Source: Marsupella aquatica (Eukaryota > Plantae > Marchantiophyta). From it: a stretch of 64,000 nt of DNA. A program made the translations under genes and the position numbers. The stretch covers positions 6,906,963 through 6,970,962 of the forward strand of contig OZ316893.1 of the NCBI GenBank assembly GCA_973895155.1, written 5' to 3'. The stretch's first letter is position 1. Each line of letters starts with the position of its first letter. Positions 23,900-37,430 of this stretch are shown one piece after another. The notes below the pieces were generated by a model that was not told where the DNA came from, did no database searches, and was given only the letters and a program-made list of their open reading frames with translations.

Positions 23900-26100
23900 A
23901 TATTGATTGTTAGTACCCTCTTATCTCAACCGTCAATTGGAAAGATGAACGGTTCAGATTGTGTCCAACTTTTAGTAAAGGAGGCACTTGTACGGTGGTT
24001 TCTTGGAGCTATCCAATTCGAAATCCAAGGGCTCAAAATATGTACAGCTGTGCTCAGTGCTGCATTAGGGGCACTTTGATGCCATATATAATTGTGGCCG
24101 TCCAATGTCCAATCGAATGGCCATAACACCGTACAGCCATGAAAGTGCCACTTTTCCAGTAATTAATTGAGTCATGCCTTGGATGGGTGTAGGTAGCCAG
24201 TTAAGATCACAACCATCCAATGCTGATATCGACGATTGAGATCCAAGAAACAACATCTTCCTTGCCTTAAAAAACAAAATAATAATACAATCCATCTGTC
24301 AATAGCGTATGTTCAAGGTCCATTGTGTGTGGCGCCAGCTTCAGTACAACCATCTTCAGGTAACATTTGTGTCAGTTTATTTTTTTGACGTTTTTCTTGG
24401 TTAGCCAGCGTGGCGAATGGTAGTCTAGTCCTGGGAAGGAGAGGATGCTAAGAATATTCCATTTCTATGTTTCCTGGATTATTTCCTCAGGGTTAGATCT
24501 CCCATATAAGGATGACAGTTAGATTTTGGCAAATGGGGTCTAGGTGGAAAACTGGCTAAGGGGGTTTTGTGACTGGCAAACTAGACAGTTCCATTTGGCA
24601 AGGTTTGACCTTCAGATGGTCATACATGTCCTCTCCCCTAACCGCAACACCCTTTTCAACCCTTGACATTGGGTTGGGTCTCCTACTTTGTCGTGACGAG
24701 TTAGACTTTTGTAGTGCTAGCCAATATGTGGGATATATCTTGGAACCTTGGTTCATAGATAATTTCCAGTAACATCTGGAAAGCAACTTACTTGGCCTTT
24801 CTTACAAGAGTTTGACAGGTGCATGGACTCAATGTTTCAAGATTTGACATCCTGAAGGGAAGTCGAACTGGTGTCATTAACCAGACCTTGCCCAAGTGCA
24901 AGCCAGGATCCCTGGCCACCCCCTCCCAACTTGGATCCATACAATGCTGCTCTGCCCTTCAGCAAAAGTCATGAATCCACTACACACAATGCTCCTTTGT
25001 AAGCTATCTATTCCTAAAAGCAGTGTCTGATGTCCAATCAACAATTGCAGCCTCATCAAAAAGTGTCTAATGTACAAAATATCTGAGAAAGCATCCTTGC
25101 TGTGCAATTCAAATTTGTTGTCATGAATCTGATTCCTGAGCTTTCCCTTAACAAAGAAATATTGCTAAAGGTCCTCTCATCCTCCACACTCCCTATAACT
25201 GAAGGCAAAAATAGTCAAGACAATAGACTCATCAACAAACTGCACACATTGTACTTCTGCCACAATTTGGCCGAAAGGGTTAACAATCTTAGGGTCAACC
25301 CAAGCACCATTGCTATAAAGCAATGACCCCAACCCAGCCTTACTACTAACCTTCCCCTATGGTGGCCCTGGTCGTTTGCTTCATAAGTATCCACTAGCTC
25401 CTGAGATCATTCATGGTTCTCAAGCTAGAGTCCATTGTCCTTTGGCAACAACAAGGCCACTATTGGCTTGCTGCAGAAATGGCATGCCGGGATGACCTAT
25501 ACCTTGTGCACCTAAATTCGGAAGCCAACCAACATCGCCTAAGCTAGTGTACTTGTGGCCTGAGTAAGATAACACTTGGTCATTGAGGATACTTGCCTTG
25601 CGGCTCTCGCTAGTGAACCCTTGTTTGCATGTATCTCTTTGTGGGCAAACGTAACCCAAGTCACTCCTTTTATAAATGTTTATGGCGGATTGCCAGCCCC
25701 CACCAGCTTTGGTCCCTTATTTTTGGCTCCCAAGACTTATCTAGTCAGGGTCATACCTTCCGGCCCTTAACTCCATTGGTAATAATGCTACTAATAGCAG
25801 CGGGAGCACTGCGGCAGGTTAACAAGGAGCTGTTGGTGCTGCTACTAGCATACTGGTGACCACCTTCATTTAGGAGTATTCTTGGAGTTAGGGAATTTTG
25901 ATGGGTCCGCAACATTTGCTGCAATCGACTTCATAATGATTTTTAAAAATGACTTGTTGGCTGTCCAGAATCCTAGCATCCAAGGACTCCTTCACGTGTC
26001 TTGTCACCTTCCTGTACTTTGGCCTGTCTGCAGAATTCTGTCCCTCCTCTTCCAGAAGTCACAAGTGAAAGTTACCCGTGTCCGTAACTTCACACACTTG
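23900..26100 (-). mobile_element. Old L1 LINE relic (ORF1 and endonuclease region)
   Basis: Fragmentary motifs SIVWIQV (ORF1-like), LALQ, KGVAV and MGDL (APE endonuclease-like); many stops and frameshifts. Confidence 0.45.
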
Positions 26101-27092
26101 TCAAAACTTTCTTTCCAACCAGACCAACCGAGTTCTATTCAGCCCAATCCTAAAGCTAGAACTAGGACAAGCAGAGTAATGCAATGGCAAAGAAAAACTG
26201 AACTCATGCTATCACCAAAGTTTCTGGTCATCTCATATGCAAAGAAGGGCTCTTCTATAAACTGGAAATGTAGAAAGCCGTTGTTATCTAAATTCCTCGT
26301 TTGTACATTTAGTTTAATTTATTACTAGTATGGGACAGGTGAATCGTATTTATGCTCTTCACAGCTTCATTAAAAGTGAAGTCCTGTAGACAGTAGTGCG
26401 ACAAGATGCTACATAACACTTGAAGAGATGCTGGTGCAGAGCACCAAAACTCCTGAATTATCTCGTAACAATAATTTTATACATACAGGACACACATTTC
26501 CTTGTATCACTGCTCTATGAAAAAGTGTTTGGTACATCAAAGTACTAAGGTCAAACAGATGTTTCATCCAAACATCCGTTCCAGAAAAATGCTTTGCCAT
26601 GTGAACGGTTTTTATACGTGGATCATCTATTAGAAGCTCTTATACGTGGACCATCGATTCTCCAGTGCTCAACGGGCTGAGCTAATTTTCTGGTGGGCTC
26701 CCTTCGAGGACTCAACATGCTTGATTCATTAGTGAGCCCTTAGAGGACATGGATCAAATTGAACGAGTGGGGTGAACGAAAGAACAGTTCCATCGAGGTC
26801 TAGGTGGTCGTTCCTTCAGGGATCAGCCATCTTCATCGTTCTATTCTGGCTTTCAAATAGACTCTTTCACATCAATGAAGAAGATAGCTTCTAGCCCTCT
26901 GGATATTCAGGGCACCCTAGGTTGGCTCCCTGCGATCAATGTTGCTCGTTTTTTCAAGGTATGCAGAACAATTATGTACCAGAGGAGGACATTACATACT
27001 TTCCTTTGAAGTGGGAGGTAGTCACGTATTTGACAAACAAAGAGGCTTAATGCCCATAGTGTATTTTGAAGGATCTTTCTTGCACATCAGCC

Positions 27093-30000
27093 TCATCCTC
27101 CACCACATCCACCACATCCTCCACCTCCACAACCCCCACCGCAACCTCCACCTCCGCAACCTCCAGCAGATGAACATGCTCCACCTCCACAAGAACCTGC
27201 AGTACAGGCCCCACCCCCACATCCAGCACCATATATTTGGGCCCCATAAATCTCTTGGCTGCTCAGCTCCCACCAATTTAGGGAGTAGAACAGCACGGCG
27301 TTGTTTGCTTCCCAGTAATAAGCTTCTTGGTTCGTGGAGCGCCTCCTCCACTGGTTTGACAACCCATTTCTCTGGAGTTGTATTGCACCTGAACAAGCAA
27401 TGAAAAATACAGCTTTCCCTTAGAAAAGCAGACTAATACAGGTCACGACCCATGCGTTCATTTAGTTGCATGTATGTAGTTGCATTCTCTTACATAGTTT
27501 AAGCACCAGAATCCTATATGATGAAGGCTTTCACTCAACAGCCCAGGCCCTCGCAATATAAGGGACCACCGATGCCAGTTTTGTTAGGGTCATTGGTATT
27601 CTGCATCAGAGTCACTCTCATTTCCCTGTCCATTTCCTACTCTTATTATCGGCTCTCTTCATTCTCATCCTCGGTAAATGTCAATGATCTAAAGTCGTAA
27701 TAATAACTGTAACACACGTATGGGAACATGTACGAGAACGAAGAAAAGAGTACTTTCTCGAGATGTCGTCAAACAGGTACCAGAAGTTCAGGATCATCAA
27801 GGACCAAACATGTATGAACCAATTTCCAAGAACCACGATCGATGCTGAAGCTATCGAACAAATATCTGTTCCTGTCACTTGAAGGACAACTTTGGCATAT
27901 ACCATCAGTAAACTTCTAACTCACCAAGATGACCGGCAGCGGAGAGTTTTCTGGGTTTTTTAAGCGGAGCTTCAGTCGACGGTCGAAAATTCATACTCAG
28001 CAGGGATGCAGTGATTGCAGCAGCAATTAGCAAAACCAGTACCACGTTTTCGTCTGGTTGCACCTGCAAAACCCAACCATCCACACGCACTTAAATCCAT
28101 GCAATAGAAGTGACATCCAATATCGTTACCGTATCAACTTTGCGCAACTCTCTCACCACAAAGTTTGCTATCTTTATCTGGTGTCAATATCCGATCAATC
28201 GACGGGGAAAGTCCCACATATCTTCAAAGATGTCATGTGGATCTATGCATGAAAATAATTTCGAAGGCACAGAAATGATTGAGCCAGGGAGGGAAAATCT
28301 AAAAAGAATTGATAGAAATACCTCAATAGAAGCTGTCTGCCAATTGATCAGTGCCGTAGCTTTCCCCATTGGAGCATCTGGAGTGTAGCGGATCAGTGTC
28401 AGATACTTGTTCTCGTGCTTGTCCCGTCCACCTGCTACCTCATACTCCAACCATTTCCCACTCAATAATCGCACCTGCAGCATAACATACGGTACGTTAG
28501 ACATGTGCCATCCAAAACAATTAAGTTCAAATTTCAAGATTTTCAAAATTAACAAGTTAAACGAACAAAGTGAAAAACTTATGACAAAAAACCTGATCAT
28601 CCTTCTCTCAGTCGAAATAAATTCAACGGTCAAGACTCCAAGTAATGACACACAAGGCTTTTCTTTACTACTGCTGTTGCAATTGTGATACACACATCTG
28701 AAATTTTGGAAGAAGTGATGCGATGATGTAAGGGAGGCCACTTTCCATTCAAGAGATGGCTTATAGTGGAAAGAGCCATGAACAGAACAATGCATCTTTG
28801 GCTGGGATTCCTGGACTTAATTACCGGGTAGCCGATACCATTAGGTACTGCATGGAGCTCACAATTTAGACCTCCGAGGTCCTTTGGTCTATGCACAGTA
28901 AGCATAGCAGCCCCGTCAAACATTGTCCACTTTCGTTTAACCATAGTCTGTCCCTGTTCCACATCCAGCTGATTTGCTTGCCTCACATCTGCAAGAATGC
29001 CGGATTGAAAATGATCAGTCCAATCAGACCCGCACCATTAACTCTAAGGTGGTCTCTGCATTTTGCACGAGTGGCTTAGATTTTCTCCTGGTTAAAGCAC
29101 TGATAAACCCAATACAGAGTTCCCAGCGAGGAATTATAAAGTAATGGCAACTCAATCTTCTCCCTTCGTGTGCTGCTCTTAAAATAATCCCTTGCAGTGC
29201 ATTCACGAATTCTAGCAAGACGAAATTGATGCGCGACCATGTCCTCTGTCGTAATTAAAAATGTATGACCAGTGCAGCACCTTTCTAATCCAGTTTGAAG
29301 AACATTGTCAGTAACTATGACCTATGGTAAGATACTCCAGGACCCGGAATGACTATGAAACAACTCAAAAAAAGAACCTTCCAACATCTCCTAGTTGTGG
29401 CCTGAGATCAAGCACAAACTTACAAACGGACGGAGCCTCAACGAGAGACTGGTTTTGATAATTTTTTCTTTCGGTGCGGTACAATTTTCTCATTGGCCCT
29501 GCATGTACTTTAATAACTGCTTCAGCCCCAAAAACCCTTGCTGGCTGGGTATCCTTTATCTTCGCTCCCTTCGCCCACCTGGAAATCATTTCAACGTAAT
29601 CAATATATGATCCCTACTTTGCAGGAGTCCACTGGCATTGAAGTGGACAACATTGTTGGCCTGATATCTAACTAGGAAATGATTTTCCAAAACTAGACCA
29701 GGCTTCATTGCACATACCGCTCCAACCTTCGTTGTGCAGATCTTACAACCTGGTTGTTAAAGCAACTGCTAATCCTACGTGGGAAGCTTAAAGAGACAGC
29801 CAAAATGTGAGTATTAGGTTCCGTTAAGGGTCTTAACATGCTCTCTTGAAAGTGCATGTTGCAGTGTGTCAGCTGACAGAAATTCTCTTTGCTCGCCTTC
29901 AGCATTCCTGGTCTGACATTTAGGGCCCTCTAAATACTCCTTACATTCGAATCGGATCATCCAGTCATTCATTTCAGTTATTCATTTTAAATGGAAATCC

Positions 30001-33000
30001 AGACGGCGCACTCCATCCTTGGTGTACGTACCTCGTCCGGACAACAAATCGTTCTTCTCCAGTGTGGTCCAGAACACTCCTTGTAATCCAGCGTCCTTCT
30101 TGCCGAACTTTATTGGCCGGCACCAACTTGGCGACTTGAAGACCATTGTCATCAGTAACAGGCGCTGGCACCATGCGAAAAATGTGAGGTGCAGGCGTTG
30201 GAGGCGTAATTGACACGGAGAAGTGAAGTTTGGGATGAGCATCAGGGCACTGTTGAGGAGTACCATGTCACCGTCAGTTTGAACGAATTGATCAAGATCC
30301 AATGGGGTTTGTCAACCCAAGTCAGTGTACTCAGAGCAACGACTGCAAAACACTCATAAAAAGTTCCTGTCTGGTATGATAGTTTGGAGGGTATGATTTG
30401 TGAATTTCTGCCTCTATGCACCACGTGCGCAACTAAACACGACGTGATACTCTGAATGAGATCAAACTTGAGGTTTCCCCTGGACAAGACCCGGTTTCCC
30501 CTCAACAAGAGCCTGATATCACCCTGTCGTAGAAACGACTATGTGCTATCCTCGGGGGTTCTATCGTAGTTCTTGTCTTCGATATCTGGTCTTTGGCTCT
30601 GACAATTTGACTGAAACAAACGTGCGAAGTGTACTTCGTTCTTTTTTATATCACTCATTGTGTTGCAAAGATATTGACAAAAAGCGAAGCGAATGAAAAG
30701 AATGTACAACAAGCTGACCTCTAGAGAAGTTTTTGGAACAAACCTTTTCGAAATTATTTGCCATCGATACCCATTTCGTAAGAGAAAGCCCTGAAGTGGA
30801 ATTCAAAAGGTCTCTTTGCCACTCGATTGAAACCTCTCCGATGCATTTAGGTTTTGTTTTAAACAATGGAATCTTTAAACACTGACAATTTTCCAGCAAC
30901 CTTCTCTTTTCGACATCAACAGGTACCTTCTCACTAAATGTCATAAGCTCCATGCGTAAGCCCTGCGTGCAAATTTTAAACAACTAAGCTTAAGAAACCA
31001 ATAATTGGCCGAAAAGGATTCAGCAATTCAAAGTAGAAAGCTACGTGCAGCCTAAGGAACCACATTGGCACAGGTAAGTTCTGAAACTGTCCATAAACTG
31101 GAGGTGCAGGCTCTACACTCGACGAAATCAAAGAAGACGTGCACATGATTGAGTGTCCGAAAACTGTCAGGCGAGAAACGAAAGAGGTTAAGTTGAGGGC
31201 GTGCTATTGCCATATGGTTCAGCTCAAAACCATAAGCGGTTGAGGGTAGCAATACGCCATAATTTATCAGTGAAATTTCTCTCCTCCAATTGACGAAATT
31301 CTTCATACCATTGTAGATAGTTCCGCTTGCAAGGAGACTCCTTCATTCCATATAACCTCTTCTTCAGTCGCAGCTGAGGAACACGCAAGTGAAGCAGTGG
31401 TGAGCTTCAGGTCAGGGCATTTTCTCAACGGCGATACCCTGATAAAGTAAAGACTTCTACGCCCGGGCTTGGGTGTGGGATGAACATTTGCGGCACTTAA
31501 TACCACCAAGTTAACCTGCAAAGACAAAAACACTCAACTTTAATCCTCTCCCCAGATATAGGTGGGTTTCAACGCCCATGTCCAGAATAAATGACAAATG
31601 TCGGGCAAATGACTGTACTGCGTTCGTCAAAAGACTTTTCCTGACGTGTTAGAACAGAAAGACAAGACTCTATGTTACAATCAGAGTTTCACACGACTGT
31701 GCAACACCGTCTGAAGTTCATACCTGCAATGTCTGCCTATGGGTAAGTACTTGTCCCTGCTTCACTGGATAACCCATTACCACTTCAGCGGGAGTCGGAG
31801 GGGCTGCTCTAGCCGGCTCTGATCCTCTATACAAAGAGCCTGCATGCTCATACACCGTGCCAAAGGTAGCCTGCCAAGGTGACAATGACATTCAGTTGCG
31901 TAGTTATTTTTTGGCGCAAGAAACTAGTCCATGTCACAGCTTCGTTTCTCATTTTGACAGAACTAGTCCCTCGATAACATGCGTCCTCCATTTTGTGCTA
32001 GGATCAGTTTAAACACTTATTTCTTCACCAGTCGTCCCGTACGACAGATATTCACGCTTTAATTTGTAAAGGTTCCTTGGTGAGTAAACTCCTCGAAGTA
32101 CACTGTTGATTGGATTCGTTCAACTGAAAAGATTTCCCGTCAAAGTTTGAACAAGTTATTCCTCGAATTTACAAAACCGCACCTACTGCAATTGCTAGTA
32201 AAAGCATTTCTCTGTTATCAAGTACCTCCCGAGAGAGAGGCATTGCACCCTTCAGGACCACAATGACAGGAAAACTAAGGTGCAGTGTAACCTACCAGCA
32301 GTGTCTTTCAAGTAAACTTCAAAAGGATTAATGTATGGTGAAAGTAGTCACCCATCAGCCATTGCTCACATGTAATGTATGGTGAAAGTAGTTACCCACC
32401 AGCCATTGCTCACAAGTATCAACAAAGCTGGTCTGCAGCTTTGCACCAGCCTCCCGATTGCTATCAGAGTCGTCATGATCCAGAACTGTTCCCATGCAAA
32501 GCACTGTATCTCCTTGGTAGGCAGTGGGAAAGAGCTGGTGTGAGTGCCACAATAGGTCGATGTCGTATGTGGGGACAACAAATGGCCGTGGACCCCCTTT
32601 GGCCGCCTTCTCCTTAGCCAGTTTTATGAGGTGAAGAAAGCCTCGGTACCTCGTCAGAGCCACCTGTAGATATTTGTCGTCATACATCCATGGCCTGCAT
32701 ACCTGCACATGTGAGTTCCACCGAAATCAGAATGGTCGAATCTTTAACTACCACAAAAGTTGAACAGATTATTTCAAGTCCAACTCTTCATATCTCGACT
32801 TTCCCTTGCAAGTTCTGAGTTTACCAGAGGTTCCCCTGCATCACGGACTTAGTACAGATTCATTGGATTCACCCATTCCAACTCGCAAACCAACATGTGG
32901 CTTCTTCTTCTTCGTTTCAGTCGCTCCAAGCTTCAGTTCTAGGCTTTCATTCGTACCTTAAGTGCAGTTGGTTCGCGTTCGATCCCGGTAAACTTTCACT

Positions 33001-34500
33001 CATTTCATTCACTTCAACAAATCGAAAAAGATAATGACCTAACAACAAGCTCTTTCCGCGGTATAAATTCATGAACGTTTAAGTTATTTGTAACCTTCAA
33101 CAATAGGGTTCATAAATATCCTGAGTAACAACTGACCTGGTAATAAAAAGAAGTCTGCCTCAAGATTGCCGCAATTAGATCATAAGCAATGGTAAGTTTA
33201 TTCGGCAGAGCGTCCAACTCCTGTTGATGTTGCCCAGCCGCATGATCACCGGCTCTGATGAAATGATAAGGTACACCTGGGTAAGCTTTATTCCAGACTA
33301 CGGTGGCCAACTCCGCGCCAATATCTATGTTTGGACCTGGAGCACCAACATCGACAAGCTTCCCAAAAAGTTGCTGGCAATCCTTTGAATATTGCACCTG
33401 CAGAGAATAACAGATACATGCCATTAGTCCGGTACTGAAACAGAGAAATGAACTGGTCTTGCAGGCGATCAACAAAAAATGCGAGCAGATATGGAAACCC
33501 CGCGACAAATGTCACAACTAGCAAACGTAAACTTGTGCCACTGACCACAGAGAGATATAAATACAAGAATTGGTCTGGAAGACCTCTTCAAATTGCGGAG
33601 TGATAGACAGTAGAGCGACTACTAACTACAGTGAAGATGTCTCTATGTGAGTTAGGAAAAGACTCTTAGATGAGTGACGAACAAGAGCGAATGTGCATGA
33701 CAAAGGTTGGCTTGATGCTTGAAGTAGATTTTGAGCTCTGGCGCATAAAGCCTGCCTAGGATCTTGATCCGGCAGGAAGAGAAAATTGTATCGGTAGAGA
33801 CATTCTTTATGTCTCAACCGTTGAGACGTTATGTCACTTGAACCTTCTGCAAATGTGTTCTCCAGTAGCAAAGGCCGAAACCCCAAGAGATTGCCTTGCA
33901 ATTGTCTAGAGAAAGTCTGGACCACGAGTTTACATGCTTAACTGCACACAAACAGACTGTGGAGAGCTTTCGTGAGAGAGAAGCGAAAGAGATTCAGAAT
34001 CGTACTGGATTGAGCTTATGGCAATGCCACACCCATGCACAATCAAGGGGCGGTTGCAGCGCATGACTGGGCGTGTAGTTGCTCGCAAGGGGAAGCCAGC
34101 AGTTCAAATATCTGCACCCAAGCAGTCACCAACGTCACTTTAGTATCTGCAATTCCAATGAAAGGTCCAACTTTCTTTGCCTGAATTGCGATGAACCAAA
34201 TGAAATGGACCTGATCTTCGGTCGTCACGCAATTGGACATTGACCATTGAACAGTCCGATATATACACATTAATGAAGAGGAGAATTTCAATTGGAACAC
34301 CCACATCCAATGACACGGAGAATTGCCAAGGCGTACCTAGCAACAGCACATTCAAGCACCTCACGATTCTTGAGCGCAGGAGTGCTGTCCACAGTGGCCA
34401 AAAATGTGAGTTCCTGCTTGGCGGCAGCGACCAAATCTATGCTAATCTGCACCTGCCCGGCCCTCTCCCACTCCACTGAGGCTGGCGATGTTGATGCCAT
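27093..34500 (-). CDS. GRDP: Glycine-rich domain-containing protein (DUF1399 + GRDP C-terminal domain + Gly/Cys tail), 13 exons
   Basis: Exons (approx.) 34500-34337, 34110-34006, 33397-33137, 32702-32400, 31870-31723, 31515-31309, 30962-30743, 30249-30031, 29578-29424, 28988-28824, 28474-28322, 28063-27924, 27388-27093. Peptides ISIDLVAAAKQELTFLATVD, PPLDCAWVWHCHKLNPVQY, RQTSFYYQV, VPTYDIDLLWHSHQL, GRWITRSVLDH, GKATALINW, tail GCGGGGCGGGCGGGGCGGCGGG*. Confidence 0.95.
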
Positions 34501-36426
34501 CACGCTCAGTCGGCGTTCCTAATTCCACCCTCCTCTCAGTATTTGCAGCACGCCAGAGCGAATTCCCTCCTCTCGTACATACAGCTCAAAGTGCCCAACT
34601 TTTGCAATACGTCAATATGACCACACTCTTCAAATTCAACGCAGGGAACAGGAAAGAGAAATTCCGTTCCCAAGATTACGAAATTGACGACACTGATACA
34701 GTTGTAACGATCAACTGCCTTTTTCCTCTGATCCTCTTTCCATTCCACTCGACAACGCTCCACTCAATACTTTCAGCTCCTTCAAAGATCGCTCAGGTTC
34801 GCGTGCAAAATCATCGAGAGAATAATCAAATGTCACAGTAAAGTGAGAGGGTGCACACCGCGCGTCTGAAAGCACTCCGAGGTGAAATTCAGGATCAATT
34901 CACTCATTAGATACAAGACCTCCGACATGCCAACAAAGCAACTTCTCACGCTCAATTGATCATGCTGAACGAGCTTTATCGTCGCTCAGGCGGAAGAGTC
35001 GGGAATCATGTCCGTGACGCGTTATCGTCAATCGAAGCAACGGAGAAGAGACACAGCGGCGGCAAGTTCGTCGCTATAGAAAATCCAGTCCAAAACCCGG
35101 ACTAGAAAGGTAAGTTCCCGGCGTCTTCTTGCCTCTATACTAGCCTAATAATGCCCTTCCTTTTAGATCACGAGCCTCACCTATGTACTAGCCTAATGCC
35201 TTTCCTTTTAGTGGGTCCCATAGCCCCTTGATTGGGTCTTTCGCCTTTCCTGGTTCCTTGTTCTTCGGCAGTTTGGTAATACATATCACTAGCCTGATTA
35301 CCAGTTTTTACTTTTATATGGCTAGCTTGACTACTCCTTACTGAAGCAAATACACGAGAAGTCAAAAACGAAATAAACAGAATAAAATAGATGTTAATTA
35401 TTGTTAATCTTTGAAGACTGATTTTTTTCACACCTTCCTTTTCAATTTTGTCCTGATTGATAGTTACAGGGTTTCACTGTAGACCAAGCCTTGTAAAGTA
35501 GCTTTGCATCACACTTTATTAGTAAAATAGTGCCAAAAAGACAAAAATGTCAAACCTGGAAGACCAAAGAGGCCCAACAAGCTAAGGGTAAAAACTGAGT
35601 TTTTTGGAATTGTTCTTGGAGTAATCCAAAATATAGGGGCTAATAGATACTAGAAATGTGTTCATTATACTTTAGGGTGTTTATTACCAAAACACTTTGC
35701 AGGTGATGTGAGGCTCCCAAGAATTCAATGACCTTTTTTCCACTAGCCTGGGTGTGGAGCCAACAGTTCACTGTAGCAGGTGTGTATTTGGAGAACAAAA
35801 ACTAAGATGAGGTCAAACTGACAATGAACCTATGCTGGGGTGGTATATGGGAACTTCTCTGAATATGAAGTAAGGGCTCGAGCCAGACCATAGTGCTGTC
35901 TGTCTATCTGCCCATCTATCTGCTTTGTGCACAGATCTATCTCCCGGCCACAAGGAGAACGAAGGGGCAGGTGGGGGTGGAGGCAAGCTGGGGCACAACC
36001 AGGAAAGTATATCTAAGAGCACGCTGAGAAAAACCCAGGATTTAGGTCTGACACCTCACTGATTCAACTCAAGGGCCTCAACAACTAAGCTATAATTACC
36101 CACTGGATGTTGACAAGGCCTCCTCAGGGGATTTATTAATCTAGAAAAGGGACAAGGGGGGAGGGCGTTAGCTGGGGCCAAACATGGGCCCATAGGCATA
36201 GTGGTGGGCAACAATGGGGAGGGGATAGAACGGACCTGTCGAAAAAGAAATTGAGAAGGGGGAGAGGAACTGCGGAGGGTGGTAGTATATTTTATTTTAT
36301 AAAATTTGGAGGTGGGGAGGAGTGTAAGAAAAAGAGACGCTCATCTCAAAGGTTTGCTTTATAAAATTGGGGGGTAGGGAGGAAGTGTAAGACAAAGAGA
36401 GGCTCATGCTCCAATATGATAAGAGA

Positions 36427-36600
36427 CAAGCTCAATACTTAGGAGTTGCACAAAATATGTTGTTGCGTGAAAGATGTCATTGTGTAAAAGGTGTCATTGC
36501 ATAAAAGATGCCATTGTGCAAAAAGTATTGAAACAGAAATGTCCTTATGTAAAAGACATCATGGAGGAAGTCATCAAGGAAAAGAAGTGTCATGGAGGTA
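36427..36600 (-). mobile_element. Degenerate Helitron 3' end of the same family as 49199
   Basis: CAAGCTCAATACTTAGGAGTTGCACAAAA aligns with CTAGCTCAATACCCGCGCATTGCACGAAA and is followed by the same AAAAGATGTC-type repeats. Confidence 0.6.
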
Positions 36601-37430
36601 AGGTGAGCTTTTGAGCCGTAAGTCCATTCATCGCACAATTATCATTGCAACTGTGTTGTGCTTGTGGTCGGGTTGTCATTGCGACTGTGTCATGGTTCTG
36701 AAAGTCGATTGTCTTTTCAATTGGGTTGCATCGCGGTGTGTGACTGTGGCAAAAGTGTTGTCATTCCAGCCATATCATTTGTGTAGTCATTTTATGATTG
36801 CGGAAATGTTGTTTGGGTGCATGGCTGTTGATGCAACAATGTTATAATTTTAGTTGTTGTTGTTGTTGTGAAAGTGAGGCTGTTGGGGAGGGGGACACAA
36901 GATGGGTGAGGACGTCCAGGGTATCGTGGGGTCCAGGCACGATCATGGGATGATATATGGAGGGAAACTGTTTCACTTTTTGTCTGCCTACCTATTCCCC
37001 CCCCCCCCCCTCCCCACTGTCTCCCTTTCTTTCCTCCTGCTCTCCCTTTCTTTCCTCCTGCTCTCCCTTCCTCCTTCTCCCTCTCCCTCCCCCCTTTTTA
37101 CCCTTCCACACCATTATAAGAGAAAGAATTTAGGAAATCAACCTCCAAAAACTGAAATTTCACCCTCTCAAAAGCAAAATGTCAAAAGTCTATCTCATTT
37201 CAATGTGCTTCCCCTGCACTTGTTCCTTGCGAAAAACCTCAATTTTAAGTCAATCTATTTTCACTATAATGCTTCACGCCAAAGTACTCTAAGGAGACTA
37301 TAAAATAGCTAACACAATCATGTACTCTAGCATGTGTATTATACCTTGGATTATACCTTAAACACAATCTTGGGTACTCATTTGAGTCAACCCAAAAGTC
37401 TTAAATATCCTGGGACAATATCTAAACATC

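Noticed and set aside
26690-26800. miR319/159-like precursor (GGGCTCCCTTC...)
   Set aside because: Only a 9-nt match and no complementary arm containing a mature miRNA
33313-33324. miR171 complementary site (GATATTGGCGCGG) in GRDP exon 3
   Set aside because: Pairs only with the 3' part of miR171; the 5' seed positions are mismatched, so it is unlikely to be a cleavage target
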